Assembly: GCA_965248435.1 (NCBI GenBank)
Contig: OZ252100.1
Location: forward strand, 32,001 to 96,000
DNA from: Candidatus Latescibacterota bacterium
Lineage (GTDB): Bacteria > Latescibacterota > UBA2968 > GCA-2709665
Reading direction: 5' to 3'
Length of the DNA stretch: 64,000 nt
The position numbers and the translations under genes were made by a program. This document shows, one piece after another, positions 1 to 10,159 of this stretch. How positions within the stretch are numbered: the first letter of the stretch is position 1; each line of letters begins with the position of its first letter. The notes under the pieces are model-generated. The model worked only from the letters and a program-made list of their open reading frames with translations, was not told the DNA's origin and did not search any database.

Positions 1-1338
1 CAGAAAGTAACGGCCCAGAATTGGACCGCGCTTGACACCCGGATGGGCCGAGTAGAACTGTCCTTCCTGGACACCATCGAGTCGGCTTGGGACCTTCCTC
101 CCCGAAAAAGCTCAACAGAGTTCTCTGCCGATATCCTCCGCCACGTATCCTCCGCCGCCGCGGTAAGACGGATTCTTAGCGATATGTATCGGCTTGATCC
201 AGAACCCACGAGAGCTGTACAGGACCTTTTATACCGCTTTGAAGACTTGGTTCGACTGGGAGACCAGGATTTCCAGACGGTGCTCTCGAGGGTAGACGCT
301 TGGGACCTTGCGATTGCGCTCGGCTCGGCGACGGCCAGTCTGAGGCGGCGCGTGCTCGCGAACGTTTCCGAACGTCGGGCACTAAACCTTTCTGAGGATG
401 AGGAAGCCATCGGTGAGGTCGAGCCCGATGACGCTGAGGCAGTGCAGCGTCGCATTGTCCAAAAAGCCCGGAGTCTCTACGAAGAAGGAAAAATCAGGAC
501 TTACTTCGGGTCGGTCGGTATCGCGGAGGAAGAGGATGAGCCCTCTCCTGATGAAGGTAAGCCTGCCGGCGGGTCAGGCAAAAAAGGGGAAGCCTTGACC
601 GAGCCCAAGCAGAAGCGACGGAATCTGAAAGGAATGGCCCTCGGTCTTTCCGGTGCAGTCGTGTGTGTCGCACTCGTTGCCTGGTATGTTCAATGGCGCT
701 CAGGCGTCTCGAAGCCCAATGGCAGTTCACGGCGAGCAACACTTTTCCGCGGGTCGGACAGCGAGACCCCCGCGAGGAGCGTAAACAAAAAGAAAAAGAC
801 GGGACAGAGCATCCTGACCGACGATGGGTCGAGCATGGAGACCGTAGTCGGTGACGTGCTGCTTTTTTCAGGCGATTCAGATCCTCCGGATGTTGAGAAA
901 CTCAAGACAGGGGATCAGGTGGTGACGGAGGCGGGTCGGAGGGCCGTGCTCAGGCTTGGGGAAGAGGTGGGACAGATCCAGGTCGAGGGGGCATCGTCTC
1001 TAGAGATCGGGGAGAAAGAAGAGAACGGAACCGTTCCTCCCCAGTTGAGTATTCGATTGGGAAAACTCTGGGTCTACGTAAAAAATCCAACCATGGAGGT
1101 GCGTTCACCCCTCGCCGTGGTCACCGCTTCGGAGGGGGCGCTATACAAACTGCGCGTCGTGCTCGATGCGTCCACCACGATTTCCGTGAGTCGAGGTACC
1201 GTCTGGGTCAAGCCGCTTGTCGGTGAGGACAGTGGAAATCTGGTCCTTGGACCACAAGATGTCGTGAGAATTCACCCGCGGGGTCGCATCACCCGGTACA
1301 ACCAGGAACCGGAATCGGGTTGGTTGGGTTTGTTTTAG
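1..1338 (+). CDS. FliG C-terminal-like domain + transmembrane helix + FecR-like domain fusion protein (probably 5'-truncated by window edge)
   Basis: Frame open from base 1. 'LYRFEDLVRLGDQDFQTVLSRVDAWDLAIALGSA...NVSERRA...QRRIVQKARSLYEEGKI' resembles FliG_C. Hydrophobic 'GMALGLSGAVVCVALVAWYV' follows, then FecR-like 'LKTGDQVVT...LSIRLGKLWV...EVRSPLAVV...ISVSRGTVWV'. Confidence 0.75.
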   Translation, partial: QKVTAQNWTALDTRMGRVELSFLDTIESAWDLPPRKSSTEFSADILRHVSSAAAVRRILSDMYRLDPEPTRAVQDLLYRFEDLVRLGDQDFQTVLSRVDAWDLAIALGSATASLRRRVLANVSERRALNLSEDEEAIGEVEPDDAEAVQRRIVQKARSLYEEGKIRTYFGSVGIAEEEDEPSPDEGKPAGGSGKKGEALTEPKQKRRNLKGMALGLSGAVVCVALVAWYVQWRSGVSKPNGSSRRATLFRGSDSETPARSVNKKKKTGQSILTDDGSSMETVVGDVLLFSGDSDPPDVEKLKTGDQVVTEAGRRAVLRLGEEVGQIQVEGASSLEIGEKEENGTVPPQLSIRLGKLWVYVKNPTMEVRSPLAVVTASEGALYKLRVVLDASTTISVSRGTVWVKPLVGEDSGNLVLGPQDVVRIHPRGRITRYNQEPESGWLGLF

Positions 1339-1414
1339 GGTAATCCTGGATGATCTTCAAAATGGCTGCAGGATGAAGATGGATCTGCCGATGGTTTCGG
1401 TGGAGGACCATTGA

Positions 1415-1825
1415 ATGAAGATTTGGCTCAAGATTGCGATTCTGACGTTTCCGGCTCTGGCTGCGGGCGACCTATGGGCCGCCGGGGAGTCGATCTATGG
1501 CCTCGAATCCGTGAAATTCACCAGGGTGTTCGACCCTGATCCGAGGCCCGAGAGACTGCTGCTCGTTTCAGGCAGCCTGAAATTTGCAGGAGGTTTCCCT
1601 GGGGGAAATACCTGGGAAGCTGTCACCTATATTCCTCAGCGGACGGCGGCCCCGAGGGCCGACTACGGGATCCTCAAAGTAACCGGGAACTTCGTCCGCT
1701 TCTACTCTTTTGTTTCATTCGCGACCTATCGGGGTAGAGTGGGTGAGGAAGGTGAGAAGATTTCCGTCACAAAGATCGACGGAGCCGGCAGGTCTCAAAC
1801 CGAGACGTGGTATCTGGTCAGATAG
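1415..1825 (+). CDS. hypothetical secreted protein
   Basis: GGAGG RBS upstream; signal-peptide-like N-terminus (MKIWLKIAILTFPALAAG); beta-rich body. Confidence 0.6.
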   Translation: MKIWLKIAILTFPALAAGDLWAAGESIYGLESVKFTRVFDPDPRPERLLLVSGSLKFAGGFPGGNTWEAVTYIPQRTAAPRADYGILKVTGNFVRFYSFVSFATYRGRVGEEGEKISVTKIDGAGRSQTETWYLVR

Positions 1826-1914
1826 GGCGACCCGTATTGTTTTCCGGGGCGTCGAGTGGAATTTTGTTATATTTACGCTGCAATACGGGTCAGGTTTTGG
1901 GGGCATCGGATCAG

Positions 1915-2304
1915 ATGATTGAGAAGGAAATCGGAAAGTATAAAACCTATGTCCTTGAGGCTGAGGACATGGTCGTCGTTATGGGTGAAGTGGCGAAACA
2001 TGCCGGCTTCTTGAAGGAGGCCGGTTTTGAGGAGCACCCGGAGACCAAGGAGTGGGTTGGGAAGGGCGCCCACCTTTACGGAATGGATCCCCAGACATTC
2101 TTCGATAGGTTCAGTTCTCGAACCGGGGGCGACTCAGAACTGACGGCTCAGGCGACGGACGGCCAGTCGTTCTACCAGGTGGATTCACTCCCACTGGTAG
2201 AGGAGGACGAGCAGGGCAGATCTTTTATTGTGAGCATTCACGCCCTGGATTTGGAGACGAGGACGGTGATCGATGAGGGCGTCTCGAACTTCAGGGTCGG
2301 GTAG
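1915..2304 (+). CDS. hypothetical acidic protein
   Basis: ORF 1807-2304 with likelier ATG at 1915; protein-like composition; followed by terminator. Confidence 0.6.
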   Translation: MIEKEIGKYKTYVLEAEDMVVVMGEVAKHAGFLKEAGFEEHPETKEWVGKGAHLYGMDPQTFFDRFSSRTGGDSELTAQATDGQSFYQVDSLPLVEEDEQGRSFIVSIHALDLETRTVIDEGVSNFRVG

Positions 2305-2329
2305 CACTGTTTCGGTGATATTTTATTCG

Positions 2330-2359
2330 AGGCGCGGCCTTCGGGTCGCGCCTTTCTTT
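2330..2359 (+). terminator. intrinsic terminator
   Basis: AGGCGCGGCC-TTCG-GGTCGCGCCT followed by TTCTTT. Confidence 0.8.
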
Positions 2360-2404
2360 GTTTCGGGCCGGTTGAAATCTAATTTTTGACACCAATCCGG
2401 TCGT

Positions 2405-3724
2405 TCATGGGTCTCGAAGAAATTCGAGTGCTGCGTCCGAAGCCGCGCGGCCGCTCAGAACAGCGCTCTCTATCGTCGAGGGAAGGCCCGTGTCGGTCCA
2501 GTCTCCGGCAAGGAAGAGTCCGGGCCATTCGGTAGTGACGCCAGGGCGAGGGGCGCTCGGGGGAAGGACGTAAGTCGCCTGGCGTTCCCGAACGACGAGA
2601 CTATGAATCAGGGTATTCCTCTCATTATCAGGGAGGTGAGAACGGATCTCTTCCAGGGTGATACGGACCAGATCCGCGTCCGATTCGTCCAAAAGCCCGT
2701 CAGCCGCACTCGACACTACCGCAACGTGACCCGTCGACGCTCGATCCCGCCCTCGATAGAGGCTCCGCTTGTTGAACACCCAATGCATTCGGCCACCAAG
2801 GAGTCCAACGTAATCGGATTCGATAACGGGATGCTCAAACCAGAGGTTGACGGATAGGATGGGTGAGGGGCGAAAGGAGGCCAGGTCTCGGCGAAGTCTG
2901 GAAAGAGAAGGGGGAAGGAGTCGGATAAGCGCCGTCGGGGGCACAGAGCTGATACAGGCGTCGGCACTCAATCTTTCGCCAGAGTCTAATTGGATGGAAA
3001 TTCTCTCTCTCTCCTCACCGAAGTGAACCACCCGGCGGCGCAGTAGGACCTCTCCTCCGCGCGATTTAATGAACTGACTCGCGGAATCGGAATACAGTCC
3101 GCTCAGGCCGACGGTAGCGTATCCCAGGCACGCGCCGTCCAGGTTCCGCAGAAAAGCGTCTCGGAAGATCCGAGCAAGGTGGCTGGCGGGTGCATCCTCG
3201 GGGGCCTGGTTCAAGGCTGAGATCGAAAGTGGGTGCCAGAAGCTTCTGAGGAGACGATCAGTTTGACCGCACCGTTCCAGCCAGGCTTTGACGGAAAGAC
3301 CCTTCGTTTTGAGAGGCGACAGGTTCCTTGCGACACCTGCAAACTTCGGCATATCGGAGAGTGCGATGGGTTTGAAACGCATCAGGCCGAGCAGAATGTG
3401 AAGGGGAGAAGGGAGGCGGGGAAAGGAGAGGTGTGTTCTACCCAGTCGCGGGTGGCGAAACTCAATCGCGAATTTGTTCTGAAAGTGGAGCCGGTCCGAT
3501 GTTCCGATCTGTTTTAAAAATTCCAGCGTGTGCAGATTGCACTTCATCAACAAGTGCTGGCCGTTGTCAACCGTGTCCCCGGTCTGTCTGTCCGTGAAAG
3601 AATACGCCCTTCCACCCAACTGCTTCCGCCGTTCCAGCAGCGTCACTCTGAGACCTTTGCTTGCGAGTTGAGCGGCGGCGGAGAGCCCAGAAAATCCCCC
3701 CCCGATGACGACGACGTGTTTCAT
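2405..3724 (-). CDS. hpnE: hydroxysqualene dehydroxylase HpnE (FAD-dependent)
   Basis: VIGGGFSGL Rossmann motif, LGGRAYSF..DNGQH, LAGDWTDTGLPSTIESAVLSG; downstream of hpnC/hpnD. Confidence 0.9.
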   Translation of the reverse strand: MKHVVVIGGGFSGLSAAAQLASKGLRVTLLERRKQLGGRAYSFTDRQTGDTVDNGQHLLMKCNLHTLEFLKQIGTSDRLHFQNKFAIEFRHPRLGRTHLSFPRLPSPLHILLGLMRFKPIALSDMPKFAGVARNLSPLKTKGLSVKAWLERCGQTDRLLRSFWHPLSISALNQAPEDAPASHLARIFRDAFLRNLDGACLGYATVGLSGLYSDSASQFIKSRGGEVLLRRRVVHFGEERERISIQLDSGERLSADACISSVPPTALIRLLPPSLSRLRRDLASFRPSPILSVNLWFEHPVIESDYVGLLGGRMHWVFNKRSLYRGRDRASTGHVAVVSSAADGLLDESDADLVRITLEEIRSHLPDNERNTLIHSLVVRERQATYVLPPSAPRPGVTTEWPGLFLAGDWTDTGLPSTIESAVLSGRAASDAALEFLRDP

Positions 3725-4575
3725 GCCAGAGACCGCCTGGCTCCAGCGCGAATCCATGTGCTGAGTGCAATGCTGAATTTCCTCAGGTTGTTCACACCTA
3801 TCGAATTCTCGAACACGTTGTATTGGACCGATTCTATCCGCTTGAGTAGGGCTGTGTATATATGCGCCATGATCTCAGCCGAAAAGAGGTCTGGCCGATC
3901 TTCTTCTGTGAGGAATTTCCTCGCTCTCGCGTAAAAATCCTTCGCCCGCTTCGTTTGAAATCGCATCAGTTTCACGAATGCGGGGTTATACGTGTGAGAC
4001 AGCAGGTCCCGTTCGGAATAGCCGAACCGCTGAAGATCCTCGGAGGGTATGTAGATGCGATCCTGCTGGGCGTCAGCTTTCAGGTCTCTCATGATGTTCG
4101 TGAGTTGCAACGCGACGCCGAGGTTGACTGCATAATCCCGGGTCTTCAAATTCCGATATCCAAATATTTCAATGCAAATCAGTCCGATTGTGGATGCAAC
4201 CCGATAACAGTATTGGTAAAGGTCATCAAACGTGGCATACCGGCGTTTGTGAAGGTCCATTTCGACGCCGTCGATAAGGTTCAGGAAATGGGATTTGGGG
4301 ATGGGGAATTGAAGGAGCGTCTTTTGAAGGTCGATGGTAATCGGGTGTTCGGCGCGCCCCTCATAGCAGGCTTCCAGCTGGCTTCGCCAGGTCTGCAGAT
4401 TTTCTCGCGCAGCTTCTGGTGATGACGCCTCGTCCACCAGATCATCCGTGAATCGGCTAAAGGCATAGGCGGCGAAGATGGCATCCCGCTTGGGCTTGGG
4501 TAGGAAAACGAAGGCGTAATAAAAATTCGTGCGCGCCTTCTTGACGAAGGCACTCGTGGAATCACTGATCTTCAT
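3721..4575 (-). CDS. hpnD: presqualene diphosphate synthase HpnD
   Basis: NFYYAFVFLP, RFTDDLVD, YCYRVAS, LQLTNIMRD motifs of squalene/phytoene synthase family; operon position. Confidence 0.9.
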   Translation of the reverse strand: MKISDSTSAFVKKARTNFYYAFVFLPKPKRDAIFAAYAFSRFTDDLVDEASSPEAARENLQTWRSQLEACYEGRAEHPITIDLQKTLLQFPIPKSHFLNLIDGVEMDLHKRRYATFDDLYQYCYRVASTIGLICIEIFGYRNLKTRDYAVNLGVALQLTNIMRDLKADAQQDRIYIPSEDLQRFGYSERDLLSHTYNPAFVKLMRFQTKRAKDFYARARKFLTEEDRPDLFSAEIMAHIYTALLKRIESVQYNVFENSIGVNNLRKFSIALSTWIRAGARRSLA

Positions 4576-5530
4576 GAGGGTCGGATAATGTTGATGTTTC
4601 TTCACTTATGTCTTTCGGAAAGAACGCGCGAAGCAGAAGACGGGCGCGGTCCCAGGCCGAGATGCGTGGGCGTCTCCGGAAGACATCGTATCCGTTCTGA
4701 CGGATCTTGTCCAGAATCCGAAGTCCGCCCAGGCAAGTCAACCGGAGTTCGAATCTCAGACGGCCGGCTACGGATTCAGAAAGGGATCGTCCATCGTTGA
4801 AGAGCGCCTCGGTGCGTGCGATCTCGAATTCCAAGAGGTCATCGAAGCCGGGCGTCACGCGTCCTTGCGCCAGGTTTTCTTCTGTAACCTCGAACCGATT
4901 CATATCCTCCTGCGGAATATAGACCCTGCCGCGCGAGAAATCTACCGCGACGTCCTGCCAAAAATTGGTCAGCTGCAGTGCGCTGCAGATTGCATCTGAG
5001 AGAAGAAGCCTCCTTTCGTCTCTATGGCCAAAGAGGTGCAGGATGAGTCTGCCGATCGGGTTGGCCGAGTAGCGGCAGTATGAGAGCAGATCATCGAAGG
5101 TTTGTCGGCGCTGCGTCGTCACATCCAACCTGAAGGCCCACAGGAGGTCTCTGAGAAGCTGGGTCGGAATGTGATGCGTCCGTATTGTTTCGGCAAGTGC
5201 AGTAAATACAGGACCTTCAGGAGCTGTTAGGCAGGCGTTGAGACGCTCTTCCCACCTGTCCAGTCTGATGAGACGCTCCGTATCGTTCATTCCGGGTTCG
5301 TCCGCAAAATCGTCTGCTGCACGAGCGAAGGCGTAGATACTACAAACGTGGGGTCTGAGAGACCTGGGGATCAAGCGGGAACCCACCGGAAAATTCTCGT
5401 AGTGACTCCTCGTTACAGACTCACAGTAGGAAAACGCCTTCCCAAGCGACACGGTAGATTCTTGATTCGTTAGGCCCTCAATTTGAGCAGACGTTATTTG
5501 GGAGGTCATGGCGAGAGGAAGATAAGACAT
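4562..5530 (-). CDS. hpnC: squalene synthase HpnC
   Basis: HYENFPVGS, YAFARAADDFAD, YCRYSANPIGRL, LQLTNFWQDVAVD are HpnC-type motifs. Confidence 0.92.
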   Translation of the reverse strand: MSYLPLAMTSQITSAQIEGLTNQESTVSLGKAFSYCESVTRSHYENFPVGSRLIPRSLRPHVCSIYAFARAADDFADEPGMNDTERLIRLDRWEERLNACLTAPEGPVFTALAETIRTHHIPTQLLRDLLWAFRLDVTTQRRQTFDDLLSYCRYSANPIGRLILHLFGHRDERRLLLSDAICSALQLTNFWQDVAVDFSRGRVYIPQEDMNRFEVTEENLAQGRVTPGFDDLLEFEIARTEALFNDGRSLSESVAGRLRFELRLTCLGGLRILDKIRQNGYDVFRRRPRISAWDRARLLLRAFFPKDISEETSTLSDPHEDQ

Positions 5531-5605
5531 TGATCTTTAAGGGGGAATCGAATTTTCGCAAAGTGCCTTTGCTAATTGAACCTGCTTTCCTCATTCTGTT
5601 CTGTC

Positions 5606-5635
5606 TTGACAGATGGGTTCTCGCTGACCTATATT
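5606..5635 (+). promoter_or_regulatory. sigma70-type promoter for cobalamin operon
   Basis: TTGACA-N18-TATATT just upstream of the riboswitch. Confidence 0.55.
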
Positions 5636-5670
5636 CCGGTGTCGTCGATCTTTGACATTGTTGTCCATCA

Positions 5671-5835
5671 GGCCCAGGTGCCCCCAAGGGGGCCAAAAGG
5701 GAAGACGGTGTAATTCCGTCGCGGACCCGCCGCTGTGACCGAGGATGCGTCCTGCACAAGCCACTGGCCGGTATCAATAGGCTGGGAAGGCGTAGGAGCG
5801 CAGATGATCCGGGAGCCAGAAGACCTGCCTGAGCC
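5671..5835 (+). ncRNA. cobalamin (B12) riboswitch
   Basis: AGGTGC...AAAAGGGAAGACGGTGTAATTCCGTCGCGGACCCGCCGCTGTGA...AAGCCACTG...GGGAAGG...GAGCCAGAAGACCTGCC (B12 box); upstream of BtuB-like and cob genes. Confidence 0.95.
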
Positions 5836-5905
5836 GTGGTGTCGATTTAGATCTTCCTCGAGGAGCGGGAAGCAAGATCAGCTATAGATCCATAAGGAAT
5901 TGGGT

Positions 5906-5940
5906 TCCCCGGCTTCAGGAAAGAGGCCGGGGATTTTTGT
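5906..5940 (+). terminator. riboswitch-coupled attenuator terminator
   Basis: TCCCCGGCTTC-AGGAAA-GAGGCCGGGGA then TTTTTGT, between aptamer and start codon. Confidence 0.75.
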
Positions 5941-5980
5941 TTGATGTCCATGGCTGCCTCAGATAAGGAACGAGTGAACG

Positions 5981-8227
5981 ATGATGCTTCGGTTTATGTC
6001 CAACCATAGAGGCTCACCCTGCGCGATGGAATGGGTGCTCTCCGTCCTCTTCCTTATTTTGACTCCCCGTTTCGTCGACGCCGCCACTCTGAAGGGGATC
6101 ATAAAGGATACTCAGACTAACGAACCCCTCTATGGGGCATGGGTCGTTCTGGGAGACGCCATCGGAGGTGTTGAGACAGATGCCGCGGGTCGGTTTGAAT
6201 TCGATTCTGTGCCTGCAGGCATCTACACGCTGCGCGTTTCACACGTAGGATACCACCAACTCGTGGAGAAAGGGGTGAGGGTATTGGATCGGGCAGAGGG
6301 CGTGTTGCAACTGGCAATGATACCCAGGCTGATTCCGCTGGAGGAGATGATCGTGCGGGCAGAACCGGTCGGACAATCCGATATTCATCGGATGCCTTCA
6401 TTTGTGACCGTCTTGAAGCGCGAGATGTTCGAGGGCCGAGCGACGTCCGTGCCCGAAGTTTTATCGACAGCGACAGGAGTTCAACTGAAACAATTGGGCG
6501 GGCTCGGAAGTTTCAGCACGATCTCGGTTCGTGGTTCCTCCGCCGAGCAGGTGGAGATCTATCTGGACGGCATCCTTCTTAATTCGGCCTTTGGGGGAGG
6601 CGTCAATCTGAGCAATCTCCCTCTCAAGCAGATCGAGCAAATAGAGCTGTATCGAGGCGCTGCGGCAGAGGGGGGGGGTATGGGAGGGACCCTCCACATT
6701 CGGACGCGTTCAGCGAGGGAGGGGTGGCAGCGGAACGGAGGCGTTTCCTGGGGCTCATTCGATACACGAAATCTCAGTACAACGATCTCCGATCGAAGGG
6801 GAGCGGGCGATTACCTGCTCGTGGCGGAATATCTCACAAGCGATAACAACTTTCGATTTCTTGATGACAATGGCACGCGCTACAATCTGGACGACGACTC
6901 CGTTGCCCGCCGAGTGAACAGCGACTTTACATCCGGAAGTTTGCTGGGAAAGTGGAGACATCGGTTTCATCGGAATTGGAAGTTCTATCTTCAGGAAAAT
7001 CTCTACTGGAGCCACAAAGGGATTCCTGGAATCAGCAACAACCAATCGACACACGCCCGCCTGAATACGTTCAGAAATCTCGTTGAAGCCGGCGTCGTGA
7101 TTCCGGATCTGAGAAATCGGTTTTCCATTCGGCAGCGAGTCACCTTCTCTCATACGGCAGAGTCTTTTATGGACCCGAATGGGGAGGTGGGTCTGGGGCG
7201 TCAGAACAGCCGATATCGGACGAGGCATATCGAATGGCAGAGCAGGATTCAGACTGCGATTGGCCAAAATCTTGGCACAGGTTTGGGCATCTCCATTCGG
7301 AAAGAGACCTTCCTTCCCGAATCCCGCCTGCAGCGTCGGTCGCTCTTCCTCGAAAGCGATCGGTGGACAGCCGATGTGCGGGTGGGGACGGATTGGGAGC
7401 TCCCCGGGCGCAAGGGGATCGCTTCGATCTCTGCGGAGGTCCGGCGCCTTCGAAGCCGGGTGTTCGATGAGAACCCCTATCTGTTTTCGCCCGAGGCGTC
7501 AGACACGACGACAGACCGAACGCTTGTATCTTTCCGGTGGGGGTTGCGATTCGACCTGAGGCCCGGGCTCTGGCTGAAGGCCAATCTGGGGTTGAGTCCC
7601 CGGGTTCCCAGCTTCTACGAACTCTTCGGTGATCGCGGAGGTGTCGTGGGGAATACCGAATTGATCCCCGAAAGGGGGCATACCTGGGATGCCGGTTTTC
7701 GGGCCCAATCTCGTCGCGATGCGGTGTTTGAAGCTGCTTTCTTCGACCATCGCTACGAGGATCTGATTCAGTTCGTTCAGACATCACAGGGGACATCCCG
7801 TGCCTTCAACATCGGCAAAGCTCGTGCGCGAGGCGTGGAAGTCACGGCTGGCGTATCCCCTGTGAGGAGGTGGTCGATATCCGGAAACTACACCTATCAA
7901 CGTGCCGTGGACGAATCAGACATTCCCCACCGCCAGGGAAATCGCCTGCCAAACCGACCTGCCCACAGGACATTTCTACGCACGGACGTTGGGGTGGGAT
8001 ACGTTTCAATCTTCTATGAATATACTTTCCAGGACAAGAATTTCCTGGACCGGGCCAACTTGCGTCCCGTGCCGTCCCGCCATATCCACAACCTCGGATT
8101 ACGCGTTCGCCTTTCGAGCCGGGCCCGAATGACGCTAGAAGCCAAAAATCTGAAGAATACACGGATCGCCGACGTCTGGGGATATCCGTTGCCTGGAAGA
8201 TCTTACTTCGTCACGCTGCAGTTATAA
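5981..8227 (+). CDS. btuB: TonB-dependent receptor, BtuB-like cobalamin transporter (N-terminal carboxypeptidase-regulatory-like domain)
   Basis: Plug motif 'ISVRGSSAEQVEIYLDG..IEQIELYRG'; C-terminal 'YPLPGRSYFVTL'; B12 riboswitch upstream. Confidence 0.85.
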   Translation: MMLRFMSNHRGSPCAMEWVLSVLFLILTPRFVDAATLKGIIKDTQTNEPLYGAWVVLGDAIGGVETDAAGRFEFDSVPAGIYTLRVSHVGYHQLVEKGVRVLDRAEGVLQLAMIPRLIPLEEMIVRAEPVGQSDIHRMPSFVTVLKREMFEGRATSVPEVLSTATGVQLKQLGGLGSFSTISVRGSSAEQVEIYLDGILLNSAFGGGVNLSNLPLKQIEQIELYRGAAAEGGGMGGTLHIRTRSAREGWQRNGGVSWGSFDTRNLSTTISDRRGAGDYLLVAEYLTSDNNFRFLDDNGTRYNLDDDSVARRVNSDFTSGSLLGKWRHRFHRNWKFYLQENLYWSHKGIPGISNNQSTHARLNTFRNLVEAGVVIPDLRNRFSIRQRVTFSHTAESFMDPNGEVGLGRQNSRYRTRHIEWQSRIQTAIGQNLGTGLGISIRKETFLPESRLQRRSLFLESDRWTADVRVGTDWELPGRKGIASISAEVRRLRSRVFDENPYLFSPEASDTTTDRTLVSFRWGLRFDLRPGLWLKANLGLSPRVPSFYELFGDRGGVVGNTELIPERGHTWDAGFRAQSRRDAVFEAAFFDHRYEDLIQFVQTSQGTSRAFNIGKARARGVEVTAGVSPVRRWSISGNYTYQRAVDESDIPHRQGNRLPNRPAHRTFLRTDVGVGYVSIFYEYTFQDKNFLDRANLRPVPSRHIHNLGLRVRLSSRARMTLEAKNLKNTRIADVWGYPLPGRSYFVTLQL

Positions 8228-8236
8228 CCTCGGGGA

Positions 8237-9517
8237 GTGAAGATGAGATTTCGTTCAGGAATGCTTTGCCTTATCTGTGTCCTCAGTGCCTGTTCGTTGG
8301 CGTGGGCGCAGGACCGAGCGATTTTGACGACGACGGATTTCGAGAGTGGGAGTGTCTCCGTTGTGGACTTGCAAACGGACCTGGCGGCCGTGAACCTGCT
8401 GAACATCCACAGCGATGCTGCAGTGCGGACTTACGGGGGATTGGTCTACGTCATCAATCGGTTCGGCGAAGACAATATCCTTGTACTTGATCCCGACGAT
8501 CTCGCGACACCCGTTCTTCAATTTTCGGTGGGAAACGGGACGAATCCACAGGATATCGCATTCCTGAGCCAGACCAGGGCCTACATCGCCAGGCGGGCGT
8601 CCGACCGCCTCCTGATCGTGAACCCTGCGACCGGTGATTCGCTCGGGGGCATCGATCTGTCTTTCGTGGCTGATGCAGATGGATTGCCAGAAATGAAATT
8701 CGTCACGATATTTGGGAGAAGTCTCTACGTGACGTGTCAAAGACTGGATCGAGACAATTTCTCCTCGCCCACCGACCGCAGCGAGGTCGTGGTCGTTGAT
8801 ATGGATACAGATACGGTTATGGATCTGGACCCGGAGCAGGATGGCATTCAGGGAATCGTGCTTCAGGCAAAGAATCCGTTCGGCGGACAGGTTCGTATAG
8901 GGAGGAAGCTTTATCTGTCTTGCGTCGGATCGTTCAGTGATCTGACCGACGGTGGTATAGAGGTGTTGAACCTGGAGGAGAACTTAACAGAAGGAGTCGT
9001 GCTTGGTGAGGATCTGCTCGGGGGAAATGCAGGCTCCATCGCGTTCACTTCCGAGGAGCTTGGATATGTCGTGGTTTCGGATGCCTCATTTGCGAACAGC
9101 GTCAAGGGATTCGACCTGGCCTCAGGGGGAACCGTTTCTGGGACGCTTCCGGGCGGTTCGGGGGGGTTTGTACCTGAAATCGCAGCGTGGAAAGGGCAAC
9201 TCTACGTCGCGGATCAAGGCAGCTTCGGGAGTCCAGGGACGGCAGGACTCCTGATCTACGATGTGTCATCCGAAAGTCTGGTGACTGGGCCGATTTCCAC
9301 CGGGCTTCCTCCGAATTCGATCGCCTTTCTGGAGACACCTTCTACTGCGGATTTCGACGGCAGCGGCGGAGTAGATTTTATGGACTTCCTTTCCTTTGTT
9401 CTGGCTTTCGATTCGACGCAAGGTGACGCCGATTGGGATTCGAGGTTCGACCTGGACGGCGACCTTGAAGTCCGTTTCGGCGACTTTTTGGTATTCGCAA
9501 GATTCTTTGGTCAATAG
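8237..9517 (+). CDS. secreted YncE/BtuG-like beta-propeller with C-terminal EF-hand/dockerin-like domain
   Basis: Signal peptide; repeated propeller blades (VYVINRF, NPQDIAF, LYV); C-terminal DFDGSGGVDFMDF...DLDGDLEVRFGDF. Confidence 0.75.
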   Translation: MKMRFRSGMLCLICVLSACSLAWAQDRAILTTTDFESGSVSVVDLQTDLAAVNLLNIHSDAAVRTYGGLVYVINRFGEDNILVLDPDDLATPVLQFSVGNGTNPQDIAFLSQTRAYIARRASDRLLIVNPATGDSLGGIDLSFVADADGLPEMKFVTIFGRSLYVTCQRLDRDNFSSPTDRSEVVVVDMDTDTVMDLDPEQDGIQGIVLQAKNPFGGQVRIGRKLYLSCVGSFSDLTDGGIEVLNLEENLTEGVVLGEDLLGGNAGSIAFTSEELGYVVVSDASFANSVKGFDLASGGTVSGTLPGGSGGFVPEIAAWKGQLYVADQGSFGSPGTAGLLIYDVSSESLVTGPISTGLPPNSIAFLETPSTADFDGSGGVDFMDFLSFVLAFDSTQGDADWDSRFDLDGDLEVRFGDFLVFARFFGQ

Positions 9518-9544
9518 AAGGTTTCTGCGGAGTTGAAAATAGCT

Positions 9545-10159
9545 ATGGGAAAAGGTCGATCCGATGCGTCGAGTGGCCCCCGCGTCATTCCCCCTGCTGA
9601 TAGAAGCGAGAAGCTGCATCGGCTACATGTATATTATGGGTACGGGAAAGGGAAGACGACCTGCTGTATCGGACTTGCGATCCGGGCCTTCGGGGCCGGA
9701 AACCGCGTTGCGCTTGTTCAATTCGACAAGGGCTACGACGGGGAAACAGAACACTATTCTGAGAGGAAGGTCCTTCGTCAACTCGAAGGCCTGGACCTCC
9801 ACCCGACGGGCTGCGAGCGGATGATGCCTGACGGCTCGTTTCGGTTTGGGGCCGAGGAACGGGACATCGAGGAAGCGAAGCGGGGGATGGAGATGGCCGG
9901 GAGGCTGATCGTGGAGGGCAAGCACGACCTGGTTGTCCTGGACGAAATCCTGGCGGCCGTCGCTTACGATCTGGTCGCGGCCGAAGATGTGATGGCTCTT
10001 CTGGACATTTACGATGCCGATCGAAAATCCGAACTCGTTCTATCGGGACACAAGGTCTGGGATGACCTGATAAAGCGCGCGGACCTCGTTACGGAGATGC
10101 GGAAAGTAAAGCACTATTACGCGGAGGGAACGCCTGCCCGGCTGGGGATCGAGTTTTAG
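9545..10159 (+). CDS. cobO: cob(I)yrinic acid a,c-diamide adenosyltransferase (CobO/BtuR)
   Basis: HVYYGYGKGKTT, LVQFDKG, VVLDEI, ADLVTEMRKVKHYY..ARLGIEF. Confidence 0.92.
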   Translation: MGKGRSDASSGPRVIPPADRSEKLHRLHVYYGYGKGKTTCCIGLAIRAFGAGNRVALVQFDKGYDGETEHYSERKVLRQLEGLDLHPTGCERMMPDGSFRFGAEERDIEEAKRGMEMAGRLIVEGKHDLVVLDEILAAVAYDLVAAEDVMALLDIYDADRKSELVLSGHKVWDDLIKRADLVTEMRKVKHYYAEGTPARLGIEF

